Below, one piece after another: positions 11,013 through 24,000 of a stretch of 64,000 nucleotides of DNA. Position 1 is the stretch's first letter; every line of letters begins with the position of its first letter. The DNA comes from an uncultured Gemmataceae bacterium (GTDB lineage Bacteria; Planctomycetota; Planctomycetia; Gemmatales; Gemmataceae). The stretch lies in contig CAVVPN010000012.1 in NCBI GenBank assembly GCA_963750165.1, positions 1,056,001-1,120,000 of the forward strand. The letters run 5' to 3'. The position numbers and the translations under genes are program-made. A model generated the notes under the pieces. It was not told the DNA's origin, made no database searches, and saw nothing but the letters and a program-made list of their open reading frames with translations.

Positions 11013-11849
11013 TTAGCTCTCCGCTATGCGTTGTCGAAGGTTTTGCAATTCCGCCCAGGTGACGCCGTGCCGGCCCGGCGCCCGCCGCGGATCGTCCGGC
11101 CCGTGGCAGTCGCTGCCGCCCGTCACCGCTAGCTCAAGCTGCGCCGCCAGGTCACGCAGTTGCCGCGCCCAGCTCGGCCGGCAATTTGGGTAGTCCACCT
11201 CCATCGCGTCCAACCCGAGCGCCTTTAACTCGGCCAGAAGCGCCGGCACGCCATCATAAGATGGATGCGCCAGGCTCGCAACGCCACCCGCGGCGTGCAG
11301 CAGCCCAATCGCCTCCGCCACCGGCAGGCCCACCGCCGCCGTCACATACGGGCTGTCGTCGTTCAGGTAGCGCGTGAACGCCTGCCGCACGCTCTGGGCC
11401 CGGCCCTCCCGGACCAGCAGTTCCGCCAGCTGCCGTCTGCCCGGCGACTCCGCAGCGGCCAGCGCGCGCACCGCCCCTTCGTCAAGGGATACGCCCTTGT
11501 CGCGTAATCGCTCGACGATCTCGCCGATGCGGGCGGCGCGGCCGGTGCGGACACGGTCGAGGGCGGCGGTCAGCGCCGCGTCGTCGGGGCGGAAGAAGTA
11601 GCCGAGCAGGTGCAGCGTCTGCCGGCGGCGGGCACGCACGGTCAGTTCGATGCCGGTCACCAGTTCGCAAGCGCTGCCCGCGGCCGCGGCCTGGGCCTCG
11701 GCGACGCCGGCAACGGTGTCGTGGTCGGTCAGCGCGAACGCGGCCAGGCCGCTGCGGCGCGCCAGGTCCACCAGCTGTGCCGGGGCATAGGCGCCGTCGC
11801 TGGCGGTGCTGTGCGCATGCAGATCAACACGACGGTTGGGGTCGGTCAT
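11013..11849 (-). CDS. PHP domain metal-dependent phosphoesterase
   Basis: DLHAHSTASDG, TDHDT, HLLGY, AHP, TGGSDCHG; start at ATG 11849. Confidence 0.92.
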   Translation of the reverse strand: MTDPNRRVDLHAHSTASDGAYAPAQLVDLARRSGLAAFALTDHDTVAGVAEAQAAAAGSACELVTGIELTVRARRRQTLHLLGYFFRPDDAALTAALDRVRTGRAARIGEIVERLRDKGVSLDEGAVRALAAAESPGRRQLAELLVREGRAQSVRQAFTRYLNDDSPYVTAAVGLPVAEAIGLLHAAGGVASLAHPSYDGVPALLAELKALGLDAMEVDYPNCRPSWARQLRDLAAQLELAVTGGSDCHGPDDPRRAPGRHGVTWAELQNLRQRIAES

Positions 11850-11853
11850 GGCG

Positions 11854-12273
11854 TCAGGTGATGGGCTCGGGCTGGGCGGTGCGACGCAGGCGGTCGAGGA
11901 CGCCGTTGACGAACGCGGGCGAATCCGCCGAGCCGTAGCGGCGGGCCAGTTCGATGGCCTCGTCGATGGCCACGGCGACGGGTGTCTCCTCGGGGTGCAG
12001 CACTTCAAAGGCGCCGAGGCGCAGAGCGTTGCGGTCCACGGTGGCCATGCGCACCAGCCGCCAGTTTTCCGCGGCGGCACTCAGGCGAAAGTCGATGTCG
12101 GCCCCCTCGGCGCGCACGCCATCGTACAGGCGCAGGCAGAAGCGTTCGGCCGCGGCGTCGCGCAGGCGGTCGTGGACGAAGCGCTCAATGTCGGCACGGT
12201 CCACGGTCGGGTTGTGGTCGTGCTGGAACAGCAACTGCAGGGCCACTTCGCGGGCCCGGGAACGTCGGTTCAT
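11854..12273 (-). CDS. nusB: Transcription antitermination factor NusB
   Basis: RSRAREVALQLLFQ, NWRLVRMATVDRNALRLG, VAIDEAIELARRY, FVNGVLD. Confidence 0.96.
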   Translation of the reverse strand: MNRRSRAREVALQLLFQHDHNPTVDRADIERFVHDRLRDAAAERFCLRLYDGVRAEGADIDFRLSAAAENWRLVRMATVDRNALRLGAFEVLHPEETPVAVAIDEAIELARRYGSADSPAFVNGVLDRLRRTAQPEPIT

Positions 12274-12497
12274 GGCGGCCTCCGCACGGCGTTGGTGCCA
12301 ACTACATGGTAGCAAAGCGCGGCCCGGAGGACAGCGCGGCGAGCAGGTCCGCCTCGCTTTCCACGTAAGGGGTTGTGTTCGACTGGCAGGTTCGCATAGA
12401 GTATACTATTGAGAACAAAAATCGAGCACCGCCGACAGACACTCCCCAAACCGGGGTGTACCAGCGTCACCGTCACGGGCCTCGCGGAGGAACAGCG

Positions 12498-14207
12498 ATG
12501 AAGTGTGCCTGTCCCAACTGCCATCGATCCCTGCCCGTGCAACAGGCGCTGCCCGCCCAGGTTTTCTGCCCCTGGTGCGGCGCCACCTTCTTCCAGGAGG
12601 CCCCGAAGCCCGGCGCCGCGCCGCCCACGCCGCCGCCGACCGTCGCCGCTGTGCCCGTTCTGGCGACGCCGACCCCCGCGCGCGGGATCCGGGCCGCGAA
12701 AACCGCCCCCACCACCATGCGCGCCGTGCCGGCCGCCCGGACGGCCCAGATGCACCCCGTTGCGCAGGGCCACACACCGCCGCCACAGTCGAGGCCATCA
12801 CCGCTGGTGACCGGGGCCGTGCTGGGCGGATTCGCCCTGCTGCTGCTGGCCGGCGGCGTGGTCGCGTACCTCTGCTTCACCGCCGGCAACTCGCCCGAAA
12901 CCGCCCGCCAGGAAACCCCGCCGCCCAAAGATCCCTCGCACAAGCCGCAAAACGGCAACCGCGACGTTGCCCCCCACAAGGACAGGGTCACCGGGGACCG
13001 GACCAACAAGGCCACGGCGAACAGGGATGGGGAGAAGTCGGTTACGCTCCCCGTGCCGGACAGGAACAAGGACAGGAAGGACGGGACCGAAAAGGACAAA
13101 TCCGGGAAGGACAAATCCACGCTCGTGAAACCCGACGGGCCGTCGAACAAGGACAGGACCAGACCACCGGAGGGTGTGGCTCCGCTGCAAATCAAGCTTC
13201 TCGAAACGGTCAAGAAGACGGAGAAGACGACGCCACGCCAACTGAGGCTGGCGGTCTCCGAGGCCATGTTCGACGACATGGGCAAACTGCTCCTCGAACT
13301 GGGAGAGGGCTACAAGTTCGCCGAACTCAACGAGAACGAGCTGCTGTCGCTGAAGCGGCTGAAGCACTACGACGTGATTTTCCTGACCTGCAAGCATTCC
13401 ACCGCGAGCAAACTGCGGCAGAACGAGGCGCTGCGCCTCTTCGTCGAGAACGGCGGCACGCTGTACGCATCGGACCTGCGCTTCGAGGCCCTGCGCGGGG
13501 CGTTCCCCGACTACATCGACCCCGGGCCGAACTTCGCCGGGGACAAGCAAAAGTTGACCGCGACGGTCGTGGACCCCGGGCTGCGCGAGGTACTGGGCGA
13601 CAGCGTCACGCTCAACTTCGACCAGCGCGGCTGGAAGCCGGCCCGGTTCAAGCGCAACCTGGTCAAGGTCTACATGGAGGCCGATTACGAGCCGGACCCC
13701 GCCTTCCAGCTCAAGGAGACGGAACTGTCCGGGCTGCTGCTGGTCAAGTTCACCTGCGGCAAGGGTTCCGTCATTTTCACGTCCTTTCACAACGCCAAGC
13801 AGAACAGCGAGGTCGAGCGGAAACTGCTCAAGTATCTGGTGTTCACAGCGGTGACCTCGTTTGAAGAGACGAAGGTCACGAAAACGATGATCCAGGGCGG
13901 CTTCTCGCCACAGCCGGCCAAACGGCTCAGCATCGGCGACGAAGCGCTCAAGGCGACGCACGTGTACAACCATCCGAAGAACGGACCGTTGCAGTTCGCG
14001 CTGGGCTTCAGCAACGCCGGCGCCAAACTCAAGCTGGAACTGGTGGCGCCGGACGGCCGCAAGGTCGAGCGCGAGGGCATCGCCTCGTTTGTCGTCGAGG
14101 TGGACAACGCCGCGGCCGGCGACTGGCGCTACACCGTCACGGCGGTGAGCGTGCCCTACGCCAACTTCCCGTTCACCCTGACGGTCGGCGAGCCGGTCAA
14201 GCGATGA
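12498..14207 (+). CDS. Hypothetical membrane protein: Zn-ribbon, Pro-rich linker, one TM helix, extracytoplasmic alpha/beta domain
   Basis: CPNC...CPWC, hydrophobic stretch LVTGAVLGGFALLLLAGGVVAYL, YDVIFLTC...FVENGGTLYASD...GKGSVIFTSFH (glutamine-amidotransferase-like pattern). Confidence 0.75.
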   Translation: MKCACPNCHRSLPVQQALPAQVFCPWCGATFFQEAPKPGAAPPTPPPTVAAVPVLATPTPARGIRAAKTAPTTMRAVPAARTAQMHPVAQGHTPPPQSRPSPLVTGAVLGGFALLLLAGGVVAYLCFTAGNSPETARQETPPPKDPSHKPQNGNRDVAPHKDRVTGDRTNKATANRDGEKSVTLPVPDRNKDRKDGTEKDKSGKDKSTLVKPDGPSNKDRTRPPEGVAPLQIKLLETVKKTEKTTPRQLRLAVSEAMFDDMGKLLLELGEGYKFAELNENELLSLKRLKHYDVIFLTCKHSTASKLRQNEALRLFVENGGTLYASDLRFEALRGAFPDYIDPGPNFAGDKQKLTATVVDPGLREVLGDSVTLNFDQRGWKPARFKRNLVKVYMEADYEPDPAFQLKETELSGLLLVKFTCGKGSVIFTSFHNAKQNSEVERKLLKYLVFTAVTSFEETKVTKTMIQGGFSPQPAKRLSIGDEALKATHVYNHPKNGPLQFALGFSNAGAKLKLELVAPDGRKVEREGIASFVVEVDNAAAGDWRYTVTAVSVPYANFPFTLTVGEPVKR

Positions 14208-14229
14208 CAAGGAGACAGCGGGGTTCATT

Positions 14230-14715
14230 TCTCCTTGCAGCCCGCCTCCGTTGGCCCGCTGCCCACGTCTCAGCCCCGCGCCCGGTACTCCGGGTAGCGC
14301 GTCCGGTGCCGGTGCTTCCACACAGGGTTCCGCACTTCGGTCCACTTCGCCACCGCCGCCACGTCCGGGAGTGAGGCCACGCCGCGGTTTGTTTTGATCA
14401 GGAGGCTGCTGTTCGCTTCCTTCGGGTCGGGTTCCCTGGGCGGTTGGCGAAGCAGCGCGTCAGCCGTTCGTCCTGGCGCAGCACGGCCGCGCGGAGTTGC
14501 AAGATCGCTTCGGCACCTTGGGGACGCAGCCAGTATTGCTGTTGGTTCTTCACGCGGGCAGTCACCGCGCCTACCAACGACGCCACCAGGCTGCTCGAGG
14601 ACCTGTGAACGGAAGCCCTGTTCATCCAGCTCCAGCGGAGTGCGGAGGGGAAAAAGTCCCGGCGACCGTCGGGACAATGAGCCATCGGTTCGACTTGGGG
14701 GATGGTCGCCCCCGT
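14230..14715 (-). mobile_element. Degraded ISKra4-family transposase remnants
   Basis: Fragments HRTRYPEYRARG*DVGSGPTEAGCK (~14235-14320), RVKNQQQYWLRPQGAEAILQLRAAVL (~14400-14590) and CPDGRRDFFP (~14650-14685). Confidence 0.6.
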
Positions 14716-15071
14716 GGATCAAAAAGATGAAAAAATCATTTGACCGCCCTCACATTTCGGTTAAACTCTCATGTTTAATAGCCCAACTTCTGGGTTTTCG
14801 GACACCGCTACCCGCCCCTGCTACTGTTCAGGCGGACACCGAAGGCAACTCCTTCCGCATCCCTTGCCTCTTCCGGCAAGGCCGGAGATGCGTGGTCTTC
14901 GCGCCCAACGCCGGGGCCGGTCGCTGACCGCCCAGTGCGGCTTCCAGTCCCGTTCCTATAAAAAGCCCGTCGGGGTCTCCCGATCATCTGACCCCGACCG
15001 ACGACGCAAGCATAATTTCCGGTCCCCTGTTCCGGGGCCATTGTCTCATCATTCGTCCTGAGGTGCCACCC

Positions 15072-18000
15072 ATGTCCTGGACTCGCTGGTTTCGCGGAGT
15101 GCAGCGCAAGAGCAAGCGTCCCACCGGCCATCGCCGGCCCCAACCGAGCCGACCCGCCCTGTTTCTGGAGTCGCTGGAAGAACGCACCGTCCCGTCCGTC
15201 AACGCCGCCTCCGCGACCGACCCGAATTTGCTGTCCGACACCGCCGCCGGCTTCACGCTCAACGGCCAGCTGGCCAACAGCATCGAGGTCACCGGCGCCG
15301 CCGCCGTCAGCAGCAACGGCCGCTACGTCGTCTTCACCGACGCCGCCGCCAACCTCGCCACCGGCCAGGTCATGAACTCGAAGACCACCACCAGCGTCTT
15401 CCTGTACGACCGCTCCACCGGCACCACCACCCTCGTCAGCCACGCCGCCAGCTCCACCGCCACGACGGCCGACGGCACCTCCGAGAACGCCGCCATCAGC
15501 GCCGACGGCAACTGGGTCGCCTACGTCAGCAACGGCGACAACCTCGTCAGCGGCCAGCAGCTGGCCGACGACACCTACAACCTGACGGTCTACGGCTACA
15601 CCGGCGGCACCTTCACGCTCAGCTACGGCGGCCAGACCACCGCGCCCATCGCCTACAACTTCGACGGGCCGACCGAACTGGCCAACATCCAGGCGGCCCT
15701 CGACAACCTGTCCACGGTCGGCCCCGGTAACTCCGTCGTCGCCCAGGGCAACCTCAACAGCCTGTTCACCGTCACCTTCACCGGCGCGCTCGCCCACGGC
15801 GCCTCCACCGGCACGCTCACCGGCCACGGCTCCGGCCTGACCGGCGGCAGCCTCTACGCCGACTTCGCGCTGACCGGCGCCCACAACACGTCCTACGGCA
15901 GCCAGTACAACGTCTTCCTCTACAGCGTCCAGACCGGCCAGACCACCCTCGTCAGCCACTACGCCGCCGACCAGGGCGCCGGCTACCAGACGACCGCGAG
16001 CGACGGCACCAGCGGCATCCTCAGCGGCTTCGGCGGCAGCGACAGCAGCGTGGCCAGCCAGACCACCAGCGTCTCGCTCAGCGCCAACGGCCAGTACGTC
16101 GCCTACCTGAGTACCGGCACCCATCTGGTCAGCGGCCAGGTCGAGGGCTTCTTCAACCCCGTGGACGGCGGCGGCATCCAGGGCCGCGGCAACGTCTTCG
16201 TGTACGACCGCACCACCGACACCAACTTCCTCGCCAGCCACGACATCAGCTCGCCGACCAACAGCGCCGGCCTGCCGATCGAGCCGAGCGACAACACCTG
16301 CTACGTCGCCACCATCGACCCGACCGGCACCAACGTCGCCTTCACCAGCCTGTCGGCCAGCCTGGTCCAGGGCGAAACGGATGGCAGTTCCGGCCAGGAG
16401 CCGGGCGACTTCCCGCAATTCTTCCTCGCCCAGCGCCCCGCCAGCGGCACCTGGGCGGGCGAGACCACCTATCTGGTCAGTCACCAGGTGAGCCTCGCCA
16501 CCCTGGACTCCCTCCCCAACACCAGCGGGCCGCTCGACTACCCCGCCCCGGTGTTCTCGGCGGACGGCCACTGGCTCGTGTACATGTCGGACCACGCCAT
16601 CGTCACCAGTCCGCTGACGCCCGGCGCCGGCATGGGCGACAACTACTACCTCTACGACACCACCCAGCCGACCTCCGGCTACAACAACACGCTCATCACG
16701 CACACGCCCGGCAACGCGACCCAGGTCGGCAACGCCGGCGACGACTCCTTCACCGCCTACACGGCCCCGACCGCCGCCGTCAGCGACAGCGACACCGCCC
16801 CCTACGTCGCCTTCTACAGCGCTGCCACCAACCTGGAAAGCACCGCCACCTCGCCGGGCTACAACGCCTACCTGTTCAGCGCCGCCACCGGCAACGTCAC
16901 GCTGCTGTCGCACCAGAGCATTCCGACCTCGGCCTTCCCCACCTTCAAGTCCATGCCGCTGACGATCAGCATCAGCGGCAACGGCCGCTACGTCGGCTAC
17001 ATCGGCTCGGCCGCCGCGGATGTCTCCGGCACCACCAACATCAACACCTGGTCGGGCACCAGGGGCTTTGACGCCATCGTCTACGACCAGGGCCCCAACA
17101 TCGGCGTGTCCTCGCCGGCCTATATCCTGGCCAGCCACGCCTACGCCTCGCCCACCACGACGGGCAACGCCGAGGCGTACGCCCCCGTCATCAGCGACGA
17201 CGGCAGTACGATGCTCTACCTCGACGACTCCTCGAACCTGCTGCCGACCACCATCAACAGCCACCCCGGCCAGGACCTCAACGACGCCGTGGCCGGCGAC
17301 GGCACCGACCTGTACGCCTACAGCCTGAGCACGGCGACCGGCTACACGCCGCTGGCGGCCGTCGGCACCAACGCCACGGTGTCGCTGCGCAACGCCAACC
17401 TGCCGAGCCTGACCGCCAATGGCATGAGCGAGATGTCGCCGGAGAACGCCGTCAGCAGCAACGGCCAGTACACCGTCTTCTTCAGCAACGCCCCGAACCT
17501 GGCGCCGAACGAGAACGACACCGCCCTGAGCCTGAACGTCTACCTGTACAACCGCAGCGCCCCCAGCGGCACCAACCCGGTGACGCTTATCAGTCACGCC
17601 TACGGTTCGCCGGCCACCACCGCCAACGGCATCTCGACCGACGCGGTCATCAGCGCCGACGGCTCGACGATCCTGTTCTACAGCACCGCCACCAACCTCA
17701 TCAGCGGCGGCACCAGCGGCACGCAGCTATACCTGTATGACAACAACCCCAACGACGCCGCCTACGGCACCGTCAAGCTGGTCAGCCATGCGTCCACGGG
17801 CGACACGACGGGCTCCAACGGCACCGTGCCGGTCAGCCCCGGCTACCCGCCGACGACGCTGCTGTACGACAACGCCACCGCCCAGGGCCTGCCGCTGCCG
17901 AGCGTCAGCAGCAACGGCCAGTACATCGCCTACCTGAGCAACGCCAGCAACATCACAGGCACTGGCTCCTCTGGTCTGAATGGTTCGATCACGGCGGTCA

Positions 18001-21000
18001 CCGACCCGTTACTCGGCACCGTGAAAATCACCACCACGAGCACGGCCGGCCTGTCCACGGGCATGTCGGTGACGATCGCCAATGCGGGCGGCGTGCCCGA
18101 CATCGACGGCACCTGGACCATTACCCTGGTCAATAGCACCCAGTTCACCCTGAACAGCTCGCTTGGCCTGGGAGAGACCTACACCGGCGGCGGCACCTGG
18201 ACGACGGGCGGCGGCAGCAACACCAACGTCTTCCTGTACGACCGCGCCAACGACGCCACCACGCTGGTCAGCGCCCAAAACGGCACGACGACGAGCGGCA
18301 ACGGCAACGCCAGCACCGTCGCCATCAGCGCCGACGGCAGCACCGTCGCCTTCACCGACAACGCGACGAACCTGCTGAGCACGAGCATCACCACCAGCGG
18401 CGCTCGAGCTGTACGTCTGGAGCCGCATCGCCGACAGCGCGACCGGCCTGACGGCGGGCCAGACGATCCTCGCTAGCCACGCCGCCAGCGGCGCCACCAC
18501 CGCGGCCAGCTTCGGCAGCGGCACGGCCAGCTCGCAGTGGGGTCCGCTGCCGGCGTCGCTGAGCAGCAACGGCGCCTTCGTGGCCTACTACTTCGGCGGT
18601 AACAACCTCGTCACCGGCCAGGCCGGCACCGCCAGCCCGCTCAACGTCTTCCTGTACAACGTCGCGGCCGGCACGAACACGCTGGTCAGCCACACCGCCG
18701 CCAGCGCCACGACGGCCGGCGACAACCCGACCAACAGCAACCTGTACGAGGCGAGCGGCCCGGCCATCAGCGCCAACGGCCAGTACGTCGCCTACGCCAA
18801 CAACTCGACGACGCTGCTGGCCACGGCGCTGACTGGCCAGAACGGCCAGGATAACGTCTATCTGTACAACGCCATGACCGGCACCAACACGCTGGTCAGC
18901 CACGCCGCCGGCTCGGCGACGACGCCGGACGCCAACGGCGGCACCTCGCCGAGCATCAGCAACGATGGCCGCTACGTCAGCTACATCGATTACGCGCTGC
19001 CGAGCAACGTCAGCCAATCGCGGCTGACCGCCACCTTCAGCCCCACCGTCTCGGTGCGCGTGTTCGACTCCCAGGCGTCAGCGACCGCGCAGCCGGCGGC
19101 GGTGGGCCTGGCCTTCGACCCGTCGGAACTGCTCGCGATCGGCGCCACGCTGGCGCCGACGGAGCTGAGCGGCGACGGCACCACGACGGCGTGGGTCGGC
19201 CTGGCCACCAACGCGGCCTTCGGCGTGACCGGCGACCTCAACGGCACCCTGGACGTGTTCGTCACGGCGCCGGCGGCGCCGAGCAACGGCCCGACCAGCG
19301 TGAGCCTGAGCAACACCACCGTCCACGCCGCCCAGCCGATCGGCACCACCATCGGCACGCTGACCGCCACGGACACCAACAGCGGCCAGACGTTCACCTT
19401 CACGCTGACCGGCCCCAACGCCAACCTGTTCACGCTCACCGGCAGCACCCTCACCACCAACACCGTCTTCGCGGTCGGCGTCCCGACCAACATTACTGTG
19501 GGCGTGCACGTCGTGGACACGCTCGGCCTGACGCTGGACACGACCATCATCGTCACCGTGCTGCCGGCGCCGCCGACGAACATCACGTTGAGCAACAGCA
19601 CCATCAACGCGACGCAACCGCTCAACACCACCGTCGGCACGCTGAGCACCACCGACCCGAACGCGGGCCAGAGCTTCACCTACACGGTGACCAGCAACCC
19701 CGCCAACCTGTTCACCATCACGGGCAACACGCTGCAAACCAACACGGTGTTCGCGGTCGGCAGCCCGACCACTTACAGCATCACGGTCACGACGACAGAC
19801 ACGCTGGGGCTGACCTACTCCAAGAATTTCACCATCACCGTCAACCCGGTGGCGCCGACGAACATCACGCTGAGCAACACGACCATCACCGCGGCGCAGC
19901 CGACCGGCACCACCGTCGGCACGCTCAGCACCACCGACCCGAACCCGAACCAGAGTTTCACCTACACGCTGTCCGGCCCCGCCGCCAGCCAGTTCACCAT
20001 CGCCAACACCAACACGCTGCAGACCAACACGGTCTTCTCCGTCGCCACCCCGACCACTTACAGCATCACGGTGACGACGACGGACACGCTGGGCTTGACC
20101 TACTCCAAGAGTTTCACCATCACTGTCAACCCGGCGCCGCCGACGAACATCGCGCTGAGCAACACCACCGTCAGCGCCGCGCAGCCGATCAACACCATCG
20201 TCGGCACGCTCAGCACCACCGACCCGAACCCCAGCCAGAGTTTCAGCTACACATTGACCGGCGCCAACCCCGGCCAGTTCACCATCAGCAATAACACGCT
20301 GCAGACCACCACGGTGTTCGCGGTCGGCGCCCCGACCAATTACAACATCACGGTGCAGACGACAGACACGCTGGGCTTGACCTACTCCAAGACGTTCACC
20401 ATCACCGTCAACCCGGCGCTGCCGACGAACATCGCGCTCAGCAACAGCACCATCGTGGCGGCGCAGCCGACCGGCACCACCGTCGGCACGCTGAGCACGA
20501 CCGACCCGAACGCCGGCCAGAGTTTCACCTACACGCTGACCAACAACGCCAACAACCAGTTCACCCTCTCGAACAACACGCTGCAAACCAATGCGGTGTT
20601 CGCGGTCGGCGCCCCGACCACTTACAGCATTACGGTCCAGACGATGGACACGCTGGGGCTGACCTATTCCAAGACGTTCACCATCACCGTCAACCCGGCG
20701 CTGCCGACGAACATCACGCTCAGCAACAGCACCATCGTGGCGGCGCAGCCGACCGGCACCACGGTCGGCACGCTGAGCACCACCGACCCGAACGCCGGCC
20801 AGAGCTTCAGCTACACGCTGTCCGGCACCGACGCCAGCAAGTTCAGCATCTCGAACAACACGCTGCAAACCAACGTCGTTTTCGCCGTGGGTGCCCCGAC
20901 CACTTACAGCATCACGGTCACGACGACGGACACGCTCGGGTTGACCTATCAGAAGCCGTTCACCATCACCGTCAACCCGGCGCCGCCGACGAACATCGCG

Positions 21001-24000
21001 TTGAGCAATAGCACCATCGTGGCAGCGCAGCCGACCAGCACCACCGTCGGCACGCTGAGCACCACCGACCCCAACGCCGGCCAGAGCTTCAGCTACACGC
21101 TGTCCGGCACCGACGCCAGCAAGTTCAGCGTCAACGGCGGCACCCTGCAAACCAACTACGTCTTCGCCGTCGGCGTCCCGACCACTTACAGCATCACGGT
21201 GCAGACGACGGACACGCTGGGCTTGACCTACTCCAAGAGTTTCACCATCACCGTCAACCCGGCGCCGCCGACGAATATCACGCTCAGCAACACCGCGGTG
21301 ACCGCCTACCGATCCTCCGGCACCGTCGTTGGCACACTCAGCACCACCGACCCGAACGCCGGCCAGAGCTTCAGCTACGCGCTGTCCGGCACCGACGCCA
21401 GCAAGTTCAGCATCAGCGGCGGCACCCTGCAAACGGCCGCGGTGTTCCCGGTCACCACCATGACCACGTACAGCATCACGGTCACGACCACGGACTCGCT
21501 GGGGCTGACCTACGCGAAGCCGTTCACCATCACCGTCAACCCGAGCACGGCGACGCCCACGGACATCAGCCTGTCGAACCAGTCCGTGGCGTCGAGCCAG
21601 CCGGCCGGCGTGACGGTCGGCATGTTCACCACGACCGACCCGAATGTCCAGCAGACTTTCACGTACGTGCTGTCCGGCCCGGCCGCCAGCTTCTTGACGG
21701 TCAACGGCAACATGCTGCAAACCGGCACGCTGCCGACGGTCACCACGCAGACCAATTACAGCCTGACAGTGCAGACCACCGACTCGCTGGGCTTCACCTA
21801 CAGCAAGACCTTCACCATCACGCTGTTCCCGAATGGTCCCACCAACATCGCGCTGAGCAACAGCACCATCAGCGCGGCGCAGTTGATCGGCACCACCGTC
21901 GGCACGCTGAGCACCACCGACACCAACAGCGGCCAGAGCTTCACCTACACACTGTCCGGCCCCGCCGCCAGCGATTTCAGCATCAGCGGCAGCACGTTGC
22001 AAACCAACGTCGTCTTCGCGGTCGGCGCCCCGACCATTTACAACATCACGGTGACCGCAACGGACTCCCTGGACCTGAGCTTCCCCAAGGGCTTCGCCAT
22101 CACCGTCAACCCGGTGGCGCCGACGAACATCCAGCTGAGCAACAGCACGATCATCGCGGCCCAGTCGGTCGGCGCCACGGTCGGTACGCTGAGCACCACC
22201 GACCCCAACGCCGGCCAGAGCTTCAGCTACACGCTGTCCGGCACCGACGCCAGCAAGTTCAGCGTCAACGGCAGCACCCTGCAAACCAACTACGTCTTCG
22301 CCGTCGGCGTCCCGACCACTTACAGCATCACGGTCACGACGACGGACACGCTCGGGCTGACCTACCAGAAGCCGTTCACCATCACCGTCAACCCGGCGCC
22401 GCCGACGAACATCGCGCTGAGCAATAGCACGATTGTGGCGGCCCAGTCGGTCGGCGCCACCGTCGGCACGCTGAGCACCACCGACCCGAACGCCGGCCAG
22501 AGTTTCACCTACGCGCTGTCCGGCACCAACGCCAGCAAGTTCAGCGTCAACGGCAGCACCCTGCAAACCAACGTCGTCTTCGCCGTCGGCGTCCCGACCA
22601 CTTACAGCATCACGGTCACGACGACGGACACGCTCGGGCTGACCTACCAGAAGCCGTTCACCATCACCGTCAACCCGGCGCCGCCCACCGACATCCAGAT
22701 GAGCAGCGCCGCGGTGACCGCCTACCAGTCCGCCGGCACGGCCTTCGGCCTGCTCACCACGACCGACCCGAACGCGGGCCAGACCTTCACCTACGCCCTG
22801 TCCGGCACCGACGCCAGCAAGTTCAGCGTCAGCGGCAACACGCTGGAGACGGCCGCGGTGTTCCCGGTCACCACGGTCACCACCTACAGCATCACGGTCA
22901 CGACCACGGACTCGCTGGGGCTGACGTACGCGAAGCCGTTCACCATCACCGTCAACCCGACCACGGCGGCGCCCACGGACATCAGCCTGTCGAACCTCAA
23001 CGTGGCCGCCAATGCGTCCGTGGGCTCGACGGTCGGCACGTTCACCACGACCGACCCGAACGCCGGCCAGAGCTTCAGCTACACATTGTCCGGCCCGGCC
23101 GCCAGCTTCTTGACGGTTAGCGGCAACGCGCTGCTGACCGGCACGCTGCCGACCGTCACCGCCCCGACCAGTTACAGCCTGACGGTGCAGACCACCGACT
23201 CGGCGGCCCTGAGTTTCAGCAAGACCCTCACCCTCACGCTGCTCCCCGGCAGTCCCACCGACATCGCGCTGACCGGCACCAGCGTGACGGCCTACCAGGC
23301 CGCCGACACCACCGTCGGCACGCTGAGCACCACCGACCCGAACGCCGGCCAGAGCTTCACCTATACGCTGTCCGGCACCGACGCCAGCAAGTTCAGCATC
23401 AGCGGCAACACGCTGGAGACGGCCGCGGTGTTCCCGGTCACCACGGTCACCACCTACAGCATCACGGTCACGACCACGGACTCGCTGGGGCTGACGTACG
23501 CGAAGCCGTTCACCATCACCGTCAACCCGACCAGGGCGGCGCCCACCAGCGTCAGCCTGAGCCTGGCGGGGCCGAACCCGGTGCTGCTCTCCGGCCTGGC
23601 CACGGGCGCGACCGTCGGCACCTTCAGCACCACCGACCCCAACGCCGGCCAGAGCTTCACCTACAGCCTGGTCAGCGGCACGGGCGGCACCAACAACGCG
23701 GCCTTCGCCATCAGCGGCAACAAGCTGGTGACCGCGACGCCGTTGACCGTCACGGTGCCGACCACGTTCAGCGTCCTCGTCCGCGTCACCGACAGCGCCG
23801 GCCTGAGCGTCAACCAGGTGTTGACCTTCAAGGCCATCCCCAACGCGACCGTCACTCCGCCGGCCGTCGTCTACGTCAACCAGGCCTGGGCCAGCCTGCC
23901 CATCGGCACCGACCCGGACGGCACCGGCCCGGCCCTGGCCATCGGCTATGACGCCTACGCCACGGTGCCGCAGGGCACCAGGGCGGTCGCGGCCGGCGGC

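Noticed and set aside
14820..15050. Possible c-di-GMP riboswitch upstream of the adhesin (hairpins, GACGCAAG)
   Set aside because: The conserved GEMM elements could not be matched; an Rfam search would be needed.
19291..23840. Possible CRISPR or non-coding repeat array
   Set aside because: Repeats are ~282 bp, in frame and protein-coding, with no unique spacers and no cas genes in the window.
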